Shown: positions 1 through 12,842, counted from the first letter of the stretch. The stretch is DNA of 64,000 bases from Octopus bimaculoides (GCF_001194135.2 NC_069005.1:31112793-31176792); one strand, 5' to 3'. Program-made: numbers and translations. Notes: generated by a model not told the origin, from the sequence alone.

Positions 1-52
1 CAAGACAAGTAGCTATGAGAGCACACAAACGCTCACTGCACCCCTTCCCTGG

Positions 53-92
<40 letters not shown>

Positions 93-249
93 CTATATAT
101 ATATGACACACATCCAGGGTCAGTTGATGAAGTACCAGTCAAATACTGGGGGTCATCTCTCTCTCTCATTTGTTGTCTCACCTTCCATTTTTCCCACCAA
201 AGAAATTGGTTGTGCTTAAACCTGAGCTATACTCTCTTTTTACTCTCTT

Positions 250-450
250 TTACTCTTTTCAGTCATTTGACTGTGGCTATGCTGGAGCATCGCCTTTAGT
301 CGAGCAAATCGACCCCAGGACTTATTCTTTGCAAGCCTAGTACTTATTCTATCGGTCTCTTTTTGCCGAACCGCTAAGTTACGGGGACATAAACACACCA
401 GCATCGGTTGTCAAGCGATGTTGGGGGGGGGGACAAACACAGACACACAA

Positions 451-485
<35 letters not shown>

Positions 486-582
486 NNNNNNNNNNTGCCG
501 AACCGCTAAGTTACGGGGACATAAACACACCAGCATCGGTTGTCAAGCGATGTTGGGGGGGGGGACAAACACAGACACACAA

Positions 583-625
<43 letters not shown>

Positions 626-805
626 TATATATATACATATATACGACGAGCTTCTTTCAGTTTCCGTCTACCAAATCCACTCACAAGGCTTTGGTCGGCC
701 CGAGGCTATAGCAGAAGGCTCTTGCCCAAGGTGCCACGCAGTGGGACTGAACCCGGAACCATGTGGTTGGTAAGCAAGCTACTTACCACACAGCCACTCC
801 TATGC
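250..805 (-). mobile_element. Full-length tRNA-derived CORE-type SINE (family B, OR2-like) with internal (TA)/(TG) microsatellite
   Basis: Minus strand reads GGAGTGGCTGTGTGGTAAGTAGCTTGCTTACCAACCACATGGTTCCGGGTTCAGTCCC (A/B boxes), then CORE-like TGGCACCTTGGGCAAG and a tail ending CAGTCAAATGACTG; more than 10 relatives in the window. The OR2/CORE name is from recall. Confidence 0.85.
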
Positions 806-1477
806 TGGGTTTTAAAACGTCCAAGACATGCCATGTGCTTCAGCCTGTGTTTCAATCAAGAGTCGACAGTGTTGCCAACGCAATGCTGTGTCGTGAATGA
901 TGGTAGTGAGGGGGTGGGGCGGTGGTGATGATAGTGACAGTGGTTGTGATGATGTTTATACACACATACATACATACAGTATATGTACACAGACACACTT
1001 GCACAGGCACACACACACACACACACAGCTCAATAAACAGAATAAAAAGTGACAAAGTGGTCTTTTTCAAATTATTGGGTTTCTTTTAAATTCAGAAAGA
1101 AAGAAAGGGAGAGAGAGGGAGAAAGAGAGGGAGAGAGAGAGGAAGGTGGGGAGTTATCCTGCACCCCTCCCCCCACTCAATAACATTCGTTTTCCGATTT
1201 ATTGTACTTTTCTTTTTTAACCTAAAATTCCCGTCTTTGATGACGGTGATATAATTATTCCACCTGAAAGAGCAAGTGGAAATCTTGAAATTTTTTTCTA
1301 TGTATCACATCCATCAATGTCAGTTTGTCGAGTTTTTTTTACGCATGCATGTGTGTGCACATGCATAAACACATACCCACATGCACACACATACACATAT
1401 ACATACACACACATTTTCTCTTTCTCTTTGGGGGTTCTTGTGCTACTTTTATGCTTTGGACTAAATTCCTTCACCAA

Positions 1478-1515
<38 letters not shown>

Positions 1516-1973
1516 AGAAAAACAAAGAAACAATAAAAGGAAAATGTAAATTAATATTGTGGTTGGTTGAGTTGATAAGGATTAGTGATGATGATGATGA
1601 TGGTGGTGGTGATGAAGATAACTTGCCTCCATCTACCCCCCCCCCACACAATAATTGTTTTTGTTTTTGTTTTCTTTATTTGTTAAATTTCTAAATGATG
1701 ACAATAATGATGATGATGACGAGGGTGACGATGATGGTGATTCCTAATGCTATGAGAACTAAACCACCTTTGGTGCTCGCTGTTCTTTAACTAAAAGCAA
1801 AGGTGACAAGACAACTGTGAGCATTTTCTAATTAAGGACCCAGTCATATCCGCACTTCACCTGCTGTTAAGCTTATTAAGGCATTCCAATGAGGTTGTTT
1901 CCCCTTCTGACTCTTGATAATAATAATAATAATTATTATTATTATCATTTTTATTATTATTATTGTTAAAAAA

Positions 1974-2187
1974 GGCAGTGAGCTGGCATAGTCATTAGCA
2001 CGCTGGACAAAATGCTTAGCGGTATTTTACCCGTCACTCCATTCTGAGTTCAAATTCCGCTGAGGTTGACTTGGCTTTTCACCCTTTTGGGGGTCGATAA
2101 AATATGTACCGGTTAAACTCTGGGATCGATATAATCGACTCATCCCCTCTCCTAAAATTGCTGCCCTTGTGGCAAAATTTGAAACCA
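1974..2187 (+). mobile_element. tRNA-derived SINE family A (OK/OR1-like), full length with (ATT)n tail
   Basis: GGCAGTGAGCTGGCATAGTCATTAGC (A box), TTCTGAGTTCAAATTCCGC (B box), body GGGGTCGATAAAAT..GTACC, then GAAACC(ATT)n; about 14 copies in the window. Confidence 0.88.
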
Positions 2188-2203
2188 TTATTATTATTAA
2201 CAA

Positions 2204-2236
<33 letters not shown>

Positions 2237-2240
<4 letters not shown>

Positions 2241-2370
2241 AGGAGCAAGGCCTGAAATTTTGAGAGGAGGCAGTGGTCGATTATATGAGAACCCCAGCAC
2301 TCAACTAATACTTGTTTTATTGACTCTAAAAGGATGAAAGGCAAAGTCAGTCTCAGTGGAATTTGACCAC
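2237..2370 (-). mobile_element. SINE family A, 5'-truncated, tail-to-tail with the copy at 1974-2187
   Basis: CAAGGCCTGAAATTTT...AAAGGATGAAAGGCAAAGTC...GGAATTTG is the reverse complement of the family A body. Confidence 0.8.
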
Positions 2371-3826
2371 CCAGGGTTTCAAGTTTTTCACTCAACTGTT
2401 CTCGAATCCACAGGCACATGCTTAGACCAGTTCCATTCATCTTGACCGTTTTTACTAGACACTCCACCCCCCCATCTTTTGATAAACTCCTTGGGGGAGA
2501 GCACGTTGCTCTTCACCCCTACTTTCCATCTCTGTTCTGTTCCCTTTCTTTCATTTTTCCCTTTGCAACACAAAGATAATCAGACACACACACACACACA
2601 CACTCTAACAAGTATACATGTATATGCTTTTGTGTACATACAGTCACGCACAGGCATCCATGCATTTATACGCATGCATTCATGCACATGCACACATACA
2701 GTCACAAGAATGTTCCCATTCTTACTCAGACACATGCGCATACAAACACTTGTGTACATGCGTTCACATGCACACACAATCACACCCTCTCTCTCTTACA
2801 CACACACACACACATGCATAGTTTCACACACACACATGCATAGTATCACACACACACACACAGACAGTGATAGGTGTGGTGCTCTTGTAAGGCCTGTAAC
2901 CTAATGGCTAAAATAAACTCAATTTCACACACACGCACATTTAGACAAACACATACTAATCCAAACACACACACACAGATGTATACACATACACAAACAC
3001 TCAGATGGATGCAGAAACATATATAAACGCACACAGATGTGCATACACACATGTACCTAACACACACACACACACACACAAACACACATGTAACATATAC
3101 AAACGCACGCAGATGCACTCACGTATACATATACAAACATAGATGCATACACATATACATATCCTAACACACACACACACACATACTTATATATACATAG
3201 ACACAATACACATACACACTAGGACAGATGTACGCATACACATATACAATTACACACACACACACACGTGTATATATACTACCTCAGCATCACCACCTCG
3301 ACCACGACCACCACCACCAAACCCTGGCAGGATGCCAGATCTTCTGTTCACAACTACCTGAATGCCACTTTCTGATATTTATCTTTTATTAGTCAAATAA
3401 AAGCAAGTTCCTACTTGGGAAGATAATTGTTTGACTTTTAGATCACTTCAGCCTCCTCCTCCTCCTCGTCCTCCTTCCTAGACATCATTCCCTCTCTCCT
3501 CTCCTCTTCTTTATCCACCTCTCCCTCACACTCCTCCTATTTTCTCATATCCGTCTTCTCTTCCGCCTTCATCTCCCCCGTTCCCTCCCCTCCACTTCCT
3601 TCCAAATCTGTATTTTCCTCCTCCTTTTCCTCCTCTGTTTGATTCACTCACTATAGACCCTAAAAAAAATCTTGTCTAGAGCCCCCCACCCCCACTTTTT
3701 TTTTGTATTATTAAAATAAAACATTCTTTTCCAGTTTGGTTTGTGTGTGTGTGTTGGTAATTTATTTTACAAACATCCTACAACTAAGTGTGTATGTGTG
3801 TGTGTGTGCCTCATATATGAGTCATG

Positions 3827-3862
<36 letters not shown>

Positions 3863-4160
3863 NNNNNNNNNNNNNNNNNNNNNNNNNNNNNNNNNNNNNN
3901 NNNNNNNNNNNNNNNNNNNNNNNNNNNNNNNNNNNNNNNNNNNNNNNNNNNNNNNNNNNNNNNNNNNNNNNNNNNNNNNNNNNNNNNNNNNNNNNNNNNN
4001 NNNNNNNNNNNNNNNNNNNNNNNNNNNNNNNNNNNNNNNNNNNNATGGACAACCATGCCAAACCTGTGTGAACTTCCAGTTGATGCAGCCAACCTTGTGG
4101 CTTACTGGATCCTGTCAAACCAATCCAAGCCATGTCAGCATGGAAACATTTTAATGTCCA

Positions 4161-4338
4161 CTATCCCAACTGTGAGCAGGCGTTTTTCTCTCGTTAATGT
4201 TCTAAAGCAGTAATCATTATCAAGTGCTAATTAAAAGCAATGTTTTCTCACCTGCTCTGTGTATGTTTCTGTTATTCCGTTGCAACATCTTTGCCTGTGT
4301 TTTTACTGATCCGGTTCTAGATGCGACCGTTTTTTATT
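4161..4338. repeat. 178-bp exact direct repeat, copy 1 (embedded in a family C SINE remnant)
   Basis: Base-for-base identical to 5800-5977 (CTATCCCAACTGTGAGCAGG...GACCGTTTTTTATT), offset 1639 bp. Confidence 0.95.
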
Positions 4339-4814
4339 GTTGAGGCAAGTTTTTCTAAGACTCGATGCCGATGCCCTTCCTGTTACCACTTCTCTTCCAT
4401 TTCCAAAGTGAGGCAATATTTTCCCAGTTGGGTGTGTTTTCATGTAAGACTCAAGACCAAAAGCATTGCGTTCATAGTTGTGACCCTGGTTTACGACTGT
4501 TATTGCAATGTCAGCGCAGGGAGATGCACACACTAATACACACACACATGCATATACATGCATACAAATATATATTGAAGTGGAAGGACAGATAAACAAT
4601 AACAGGCATAAGGAATATAATATATGTGATAGGGCTTCTTTCAGTTTTCACCTGCCAAATTTACCAAATGTACTCGCAAGACTTTGAGTGGTCCAGGGCT
4701 AAAGTGGAAGACACTTGTCCAAGAAGCCATGCAGTGGGACCGAAGTCCAAACCACAGAGTTGGCAGGTGAATCTCTTAACCCCACAACACTCAGTACATT
4801 TTTATTTTGTGTAT

Positions 4815-5290
4815 ATGGCCAATGGCTGCGCTGTGTGTCTATGTTAGTTTATTTTGAATGTTGTTCAAGTGGTTTGTTGCAGAAAGTAGAAAGCCTTCCT
4901 GTCAAGACTAACCTGATCCTCAATGGCTCTGGTGTACTGCTCCTAAACTTTGCTTTGTCTTCCTTATTTTTGCCAAATGACTGCTTTTCAGAGGTGTTTA
5001 TTCATCTTTATGCCTTGTTACAACGTCCTTTGTGTTTTTGTATAAACACCCAGTCTAGTTTGAAGGCCTTATATTTTTGATATTCTCTGTGTACTGTGAT
5101 CAGAAGGTCTACTGAGTGCAAAGAATAAGTGAAACCTCATTGTTGAATGCTGTTTGAGCAGACATACAGTGTAGAGGTAACCAAGTGAACACATTGGATC
5201 GTTTCAACAGCATTTTTGATGGGGCCATACTGTCTCTGTTGTAGATATGCCATGTTGAGATTTAGGTCCTAACGTATCTAATTTCTCGTC
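4815..5290 (-). mobile_element. Heavily decayed Penelope-like fragment (RT thumb linker plus GIY-YIG)
   Basis: Minus-strand translation with stops: ...RPSDHSTQRISKI*GLQTRLGVYTKTQRTL*QGIKMNKH...EQYTRAIEDQVSLDRKAF...TFKIN. This resembles the PLE pattern VYKIPC..C...YIGET.RTL..RIKEH...IN. Manual alignment only. Confidence 0.4.
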
Positions 5291-5799
5291 CTGAAAAAGA
5301 TTTTTTTAAAAACATGTTTTTGATACAAGTTTCATTGTTACTTTGAACTTGTTTGTGAAGCAGCTTATGTACAAACTAGCTTGCTAACTTGTTGTTTAAC
5401 CCCAGGTCAGCTGTGATACAGGGTAAGCTTTTTTGATCATAAATGTTCCACCTATAAAGCCTTGTGAGTAGATTTGGTAGATGGAAACTGAAAGAAGCCC
5501 ATCTTCTACAGACATATAAAAGTGTGTGTGCATGTGTTTGTGTGTGTGACTGTTAAGTGGTGTCTACAAGCAGTATCTAAACTTGTGTGTAAAGTGTGTC
5601 TGGACATGGGGAGGGGGGTAGTATTACTGTACTTGAAAATAGGTGAAGGTTGGTAACTGGAAGAGCATCCAACCATAAAAAAAAATCTGCCTTGTCATAA
5701 AAATACAATGAGGATGATGATGATGTCCCCCTTATGTATAGGGGGGTTTCTTTTTGTAATCTTAGGCATCTGAATTCATACAATTGTAAATGCAACGCC

Positions 5800-5977
5800 C
5801 TATCCCAACTGTGAGCAGGCGTTTTTCTCTCGTTAATGTTCTAAAGCAGTAATCATTATCAAGTGCTAATTAAAAGCAATGTTTTCTCACCTGCTCTGTG
5901 TATGTTTCTGTTATTCCGTTGCAACATCTTTGCCTGTGTTTTTACTGATCCGGTTCTAGATGCGACCGTTTTTTATT
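5800..5977. repeat. 178-bp exact direct repeat, copy 2 (probable native/donor copy)
   Basis: Identical to 4161-4338 and flanked by unique sequence. Confidence 0.95.
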
Positions 5978-6505
5978 CTGATCTGCCACTATTACTTCTA
6001 TAATTTTGTTTATATTATTATTTGTAACAGAAATGGTTTGAACACTAGAAAATTTGAATTTATGCATTTCTCTCTTCCCTGGGCCTTCAGTCCCTGTTGG
6101 GGGTTAGTTGTAGGGTGTCATTGCAACATAGAGAGTGGTCCTTGGGCAGTTTTAAAATTTGATGGAGCCCATCTCACTCTAAGTCAGAACGCAGCCAATT
6201 TCTTCCAGGGAAGAAGAGGAGAAGAAGAGGAAGGAAGGTACCCTTAGCAGGGTTTCTTTGATTGCAAGAATTTGGGCCAGACCCTCGTGGTTATAAACAA
6301 GCATCACTGGTCGTGCAAACTGTGTCCCTCGTTTCTAGTTTTCTGTGAAAACTGGTCGGATCATGGGGAAATATTTCCTTGCTTTGAAACTGTAAAGGGT
6401 TGGTGATAGGGAGGTTACCTGGCCTTAGGAAATATCTGCCTAAACGAAATCCAGGAGAAGTAGACATTAAAACAACACTGAATATAATGATGATGATGAT
6501 GATAT

Positions 6506-6536
<31 letters not shown>

Positions 6537-7287
6537 TGTTAAATGTCTGTTTTTGTCATTATTGTGTAGACTTGATGTCTCCAAAAAAAAAAAAAAATAG
6601 ACATATTTGTCTGTCTATTAATATTGTCATTTACTTTTAAGAAAATTTTATAAATATATTTATGAAAGGAGAAGACAAACAAGAAATAAATGGGTCAGGT
6701 GGTGGTGGTGGTGGTGGTGGTGGTGGATGAAAGAAGTGGGGGTAGGATGAAACTGGGAATTGTATGAGGTAAGGTAAATATTTAATTTGATTTCCAGGTA
6801 GGGGTTGAGGTACAAAGACAACCACAATGCAGTTGTTGGGGGAAGAGGGGACGCGGTTCGCGAATGAAAGTGGGTTTTATGAAAAAATCTGTGCTGCCAT
6901 TTGTGTTCATTGTATCTTCTATCTTTGCTGGTCGGCAGAGGTGAAAACAAGTTTTAGTCAGCCATATTTGGTGACATTTCCTGCGAGAAAAGCAGCTTAG
7001 GAATGCCAAACAAGTGTAAACATTACAACTTAAAAGACACACACACACACACACACACATGCACATACACACATTTAATATTGAAATGAATTAAAATTAA
7101 AAAGCTATTTCAGTAATACCTATGGTGGAAGTTGTGGTTGAGATGGAGGCAGTGGTGGTGGTGGTCGTGGTGGGAATCAGCATTAGCAATTAAATTAAAA
7201 GAGTCTGTTTGCCCGACATCTCCAGTACATTTGAAGAAACTAATGTAACGTGTCATCGTATAATACATACTTATATACATACATACA

Positions 7288-7650
7288 TATATACTTGAAG
7301 GCTCTGAATTTACCTTCAAACGAGGAACAAAATTTAAACTCAAAACCAATTTCTCTTGTTCCTCTGGTAACCTCATTTATGTCCTCACATGCGCAGGTTG
7401 CCAAAACTTCTATATCGGACAGACGAGCCTCCCGTTGCATAGAAGAGTAGCAGTCCATAAAGAACAAATAAATCTCCCTCAATACCGCCAAATTCCACTC
7501 AGTGGCCATATAGACTCTCGCGCCAGAAACAAAAACCCTAAATTCCTTATATTCCCTTTCTATCAATGTAAAGACAGAATCTCCACACAAGAAAGAATCA
7601 ACAAGAAGAATCTTTTCATAGAGAAATTCCTACCATTTCTTAACACACAT
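7288..7650 (+). mobile_element. Penelope-like retroelement 3' fragment encoding a GIY-YIG endonuclease (stop-free, about 120 aa, runs into a gap)
   Basis: Extending ORF 7435 upstream in frame gives YILEGSEFTFKRGTKFKLKTNFSCSSGNLIYVLTCAGCQNFYIGQTSLPLHRRVAVHKEQINLPQYRQIPLSGHID...ERINKKNLFIEKFLPFLN. It contains the C-x3-N-x-IY-x3-C-x2-C-x3-YIG-x-T-x5-RR-x3-H motif typical of PLE endonucleases. Confidence 0.9.
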
Positions 7651-8559
7651 NNNNNNNNNNNNNNNNNNNNNNNNNNNNNNNNNNNNNNNNNNNNNNNNNN
7701 NNNNNNNNNNNNNNNNNNNNNNNNNNNNNNNNNNNNNNNNNNNNNNNNAACCATTACCTACATGAATTACCATTGAACTTCAAAAGCTCAAAGACAATAT
7801 AATGTATTGGTATGTTTATTTTTTTATATATTATTTTCTTCATTTTGTACTTCTTTGTAAAAAACATTTTCATTCTCCCTCTTCTTGAAAATTTGCTTCG
7901 CAATAAAAGCCGGTTAGAAATCTTTATTAAAATATGCTTCCAGTTTAGCATTCTGCCTTATTATTATTTTTCATTTTCCTCACTATTTACTGACTTATAT
8001 ACACACACACACAGTTATGTTTATTCAAATTAAATGAATGACAAAGGAACAAGAGATTATGCAACATATAAATACACACAAACATACATACGCACACACA
8101 TATATAAACACATTTGCATATGTGTATAGATCGTTTTGTGGGCTCATAGGATGAACCCATCTCACAAGATATCTGTATGTCCACTCATCCAAATTTGTGT
8201 GTGTGTGTGTCCTCACCCAGCTTGACAACCGGTGTTCTTTTGTTTTCAGCACTGGCAAAAGAGACTGATGGAATGATTATTAAATTTTAAAAGAATAAGT
8301 ACCGGGGTTGATTTGTATGGGTTATCTCTTCCAAGCCCTCTTGTGAACTCCAAACTGCTTTTGCCAGCCTCTGATGTAAAATTTTCTTCATTGGCCTGGC
8401 TGTGGCTAAAAGAATAATATTATATACTACAAAGAAGGATAAACTGTGAAAACAGAGACTTCATAGTGTAGTGAGAGAGAAATAGGTTTAATATACCTTA
8501 TCATATGTTGTAATATAAATTGGTTTGCTTTGGGTGGGTTGGTGGTTTTAATTATTCAG

Positions 8560-8616
8560 GTGACCTACAAGCGTGCGATGATGTTTGCATGGTGTCCCAA
8601 CATGCCAGATTTAAAA
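8560..8616 (+). other. Candidate 57-nt frame-preserving exon (VTYKRAMMFAWCPNMPDLK or GDLQACDDVCMVSQHARFK)
   Basis: TTATTCAG| and |GTAAAT boundaries; two open frames; weak polypyrimidine tract; no recognisable homology. Confidence 0.2.
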
Positions 8617-9240
8617 GTAAATGCTACATTGCTGTTGTGAAATTACTAAGCAGTTTGTGAGGTGAATGAATGCTTGTAGCTTATCAGGTGGACAATTAGA
8701 GCATTATTGAAAAAAACATAGCGGAATATGATAGTTGCTGACACACGATAGACAATCTCACTTGATCAACTGGCTAATTAGTCTTGTGATATAATTAGTC
8801 TTGTGATAGACTGAATGATTTCAATCCAAGATGGCACTGTGTTACCAATACCACCAACAAAACGACTAGTGAACCTCTACATGATCATTTAAATATGGTA
8901 GAAACAACAGCCACCCCACCAAAAGACGTTTTGAAAGATGATCTCTGATTGGCTATTACATTTCAAAACCAACCAATCACAGTATTTGTTTCATGGATTA
9001 TCCTCAGAGTCCCTTCAACTTGTATCACTTGGGCCAACCAATCAGCCTGGGTGTTCCAAGAGGGTTAAGGTGGGTACCTTTTGACTACATTCTGTAAAAA
9101 CTTCAGTGCTAAATTTTCAACAGCAGGTATTGTTGATACTAGTATTTAATTAACAGCTGTGGCCCAATTACAGGAGTTTGCTTTTGAGATGCTTTATGGA
9201 CATCTGATGACAGTTGTTAGCTGTTCAATATAACAATAAC

Positions 9241-9452
9241 GATTTCAAATTTTGACACAAGGCCAGCAAGTTCAGGGAGGGGATAAGTCGATTACAACAA
9301 CCCCAGTACTTAGCAGGTACTTACTTTATTGACTTTGAAAGGATGAAAAGTAAAGTTGATCTCGACAGAATTTCAATTCAGGATGTAAAGACGGATGAAA
9401 TGCTGCTAGGCATTTCACCCAACATGCTAGCAATTCTGCTGGTTCACCACCT

Positions 9453-9493
<41 letters not shown>

Positions 9494-9706
9494 CCTTTCT
9501 GCTATAGGTACAAGGCCTGAAATTTTGGGGGAGGGGACTAGTCGATTACATCAACTCCAGTGCTTCACTGGTACTTAATTTATCAGCCCTGTTAGGATAA
9601 AAGGCAAAGTCAACCTCAGCAGAATTTGAACTCAGAACCTAACAACAAGCGAAACACCATTAAGCATTTCACTGAGCATGCTAATGATTCTGCCTGCTCA
9701 CTACCT

Positions 9707-9707
<1 letters not shown>
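9241..9707 (-). mobile_element. Two tandem family A SINEs (9241-9453, 9493-9707) separated by (AAT)n
   Basis: Both are reverse-complement family A copies, carrying the two tail variants (..CCAAAATTTGAAATC and ..CCTATAGCAGAAAGG). Confidence 0.85.
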
Positions 9708-9741
<34 letters not shown>

Positions 9742-10343
9742 TATAACAGCAGCAATGATGGTTGGTGGATAGCAAATAGACTATTATCAAATGTCTAGTA
9801 TCTGATTAGTACAGCTAATGTTTTCTAGTTGAAGTAGTTTATCACTTCCCTGATCAGCCTCCGCCCATTCTTACAGTGTGAAACTTGGGCCAAAGGTGGC
9901 CCCAAATTATGAGGAAGATTTTTGTTGTTTTTTAGCTGCAGCTTGAAGTTGGCCTAAAAGATTAATCGAAAGCAACCGGAGAAGATGATTTAAATTCTGG
10001 TGTTAATAGGATGAAACTGGAGAAGACAGACGTCCATTTTACGCATGCAATGTATATTAATTGTTAGGGAAATAAAATGTGAACATTGAGAACGGTGGAA
10101 TTGGTGGATGTGGTCTCTTGGTAAATTCCTAAGAAGGGGGGGGAAAAAAAATCCTATTGCAATTGTTCACCTGGTTGTTTTTATGTATACTTCACATGCA
10201 TATATGTGCACAGAGGTGAATGAAACCATCAACACCAGTGCTGTTAACTGCTTAACACCTCTTTGACTTTCAGCAATCATAGAATACTCTTAACACATTC
10301 CTTCCCCTCTTCCTCTCTCCCTTGAGCTAGCATTGTATTTATT

Positions 10344-10390
<47 letters not shown>

Positions 10391-10838
10391 NNNNNNNNNN
10401 CAAGGTTTCTACAGCTGGTTGCCCTTCTTAATGTCAACCACTCTGAGAGTGTTGTGGGTGCCTTTTACTATGGGGCTATAGTAGAAGGTACTTGCCCAAG
10501 ATGCCTCACAGCGAGACTGAACCCAAGATCACATAGTTGGGAAACAAGCTCCTTTGCCACACAGCCATGCCTGCATCTCTGTCGATAAAATTCGCAAAAT
10601 ATGAAATTTCAAAAATCTTGTCTCAAAATTTCTGTCTTCGATCTTCTTACTGTACGGTTACAGTCATCAGTGAACCCTGAGTCTGGCCTGGTTTTGGCAA
10701 ACTTACGATCAAAGACAGTGCAACCATTGAACAACCCATCTATATAATAATATAGCAGAGGCTACATTGTAGAACATTCTTAAAAGATAACAGGACATGA
10801 TCTGAGAGAGAGTTTTTATTTCCTTGTAGTATTCAATG

Positions 10839-10929
10839 CCTTCAGTTAAACTATATTCTGTTAGAGCTTATAAGAAGCCGACATTACCTTCAGTTAAACT
10901 GCATTCTATTAAGAGCTTGTATGAAGCCG
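10839..10929. repeat. Diverged tandem duplication, about 48-bp unit x2
   Basis: CCTTCAGTTAAACT....TCT.TTA(A)GAGCTT.TA.GAAGCCG occurs at 10839 and 10887. Confidence 0.7.
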
Positions 10930-11243
10930 GAACGATGTACTACTACTGCCTGGTGTCAATGTTTGTGATGTAGCATGAATATGTTGTGATATAAATGTGG
11001 TATCAGAGATCTTCTTGGAGATGTAAGTTTGAGAGGATTTCAGCTTAGATAAGCAATAGGTGTATGTTTACAAGACATTTTATTTAGACGTTTAATCAGC
11101 TATGTTTACATTTTCTAACATTACTTAGAGGATTATATGCATACAAACATACAAATATATAAATGTGTGTGCGTAGAAAATATGTATATACATAAACACA
11201 CACACACACACACATATACATAAACACATATATACATACTTAC

Positions 11244-11278
<35 letters not shown>

Positions 11279-11875
11279 GATATAGATATATATATATACA
11301 TATGAATACAATATATACACATATGTACATAGATATGCATAGATATCTATATATTTGCACACACACACACACACATGTATGTATATACGTGTGTGTGTGT
11401 GTGTGTGTGTGTAGACTGCTGTATACCCTTCGTACATGTTTTATTTTATTTCTAAGGAAATTTTTTGTGTTGTTGAATAAGCTCTAAGCTGTCAGAGAGA
11501 GAGAGAGAGAGAGGTGTGTTCGGACGATGTCTACATAAATAACTATTAATCATTGTATAGATATTCATAACGATACACGACCGACGACAGATTAGATTAT
11601 CGAGAACAGTCGTACAGAAGAAGCATCAATGGTGTCAAAAATATGGAAGGTGACGTTATGGTTTTAAGGATTTGTGGGGTGGAGAATACACAAGTATTTG
11701 ATGCCTTTGTGGCTGTGTGGTTAAATGGTTAACAGGTTTGCTTTGTAATTGTAAGGCTTTGAGTTCAATCCTGCTGCTTGGCACTCCTCAAGCAAGTGCA
11801 GAGCTCAAAACTTAAAGAGCTGGAAGAGATCCCACTAGGCTAATGGTTCTGCCAATAACAACAACAACAATTATA

Positions 11876-12104
11876 ACCCTTTCTACTATAGGCACAAGGC
11901 CTGAAATTTGGATAAGGGGTGAGGTGGGGGCTACTTGATTACATTGACCCCAGTGCTCAACTAGTGTTTCTTTCATTGACCCACGAAAGGATGTAACTCA
12001 AAGTCAACCTTTGGTGGAATTTGAACTCAGAATCCTAAAAACAGATGAAATGCTGCTAAGCATTTTTGTCCAGTATGCTACCAATTCTGCCAGCTCACCA
12101 CCTT
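11876..12104 (-). mobile_element. SINE family A
   Basis: CCCTTTCTACTATAGGCACAAGGCCTGAAA...GGAATTTGAACTCAGAA...TCTGCCAGCTCACCACCTT. Confidence 0.85.
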
Positions 12105-12842
12105 CGACAACAACAACAACAAGATTAATAGTTTCAGATTTTGGCACAAAGCCAGCAATTTTGGGAAAGAGTGTTAGTCAACTGCAGTATCTGACGGGTC
12201 GAGTGAAAGGTGAAGCTGATTTCAGCCTGGATGTGTTAAACCTGCCTGCGTGGATACACAAACAGGTATATTCCTGGGCTACGGAAAAATGTTTAGCTCC
12301 AAAGTCAATCGGGATCAAACAGAGCTAGAATCGAAGGAAATTTGGCAGCAACCATCACATTGTTTTTCAGACATGGTATATCTTGGACTACATTACTCAT
12401 TGTGTCTTTCCTTTTTTAAGATGATATGGTGGGATTTGAATGCCATTCACCTGCTACTTCTAGCAAACCATTAGACCACACTGAAGCTCTGGTGGCTATA
12501 GTATTTAGCATTAGCAGCTGAAGTAGAAGCTATTTAGCCCTGGGTCTGGCCTAACCAAACAGTTCTATAACCAAAGACATTCCAGCCTGAGCCAACACAC
12601 CTGTATTTCCTATATTGGTGTAAATCCAAGGACTGTGCTATCCAATGTACCCTTCCTTTTTCAAGTTGGTAGGGTGTGAACTAAGGCTGATTTAGCTTCT
12701 ATATCTAGCAAGTGAAGTGACTGTGTAAAAAGTTTCACCGTCTCTTGTCTGTTACCATGTATTGGTTTCTGGCACGCTTGTGTGTGTTTGCGTGTGTGTG
12801 TGTGTGTGTGTGTGTGTTTGCATGTGTATGTATGTGTGTGTA

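Noticed and set aside
364-620. Apparent tandem duplication of about 120 bp of SINE body
   Set aside because: The copies sit on either side of a 10-N spacer (486-495), the usual signature of overlapping contig ends; treated as an assembly artefact.
1222-1263. Minus-strand 42-nt exon candidate
   Set aside because: Good acceptor but poor donor (GTTAAA), and no recognisable peptide.
6209-6237. Purine-rich AG...GT exon candidate
   Set aside because: Low-complexity (GAA/GAG), weak donor (GTACCC), frame-shifting length.
10645-10675. Minus-strand CTGATGA followed by a short stem (similar case near 23080)
   Set aside because: No GAAA or stem III follows.
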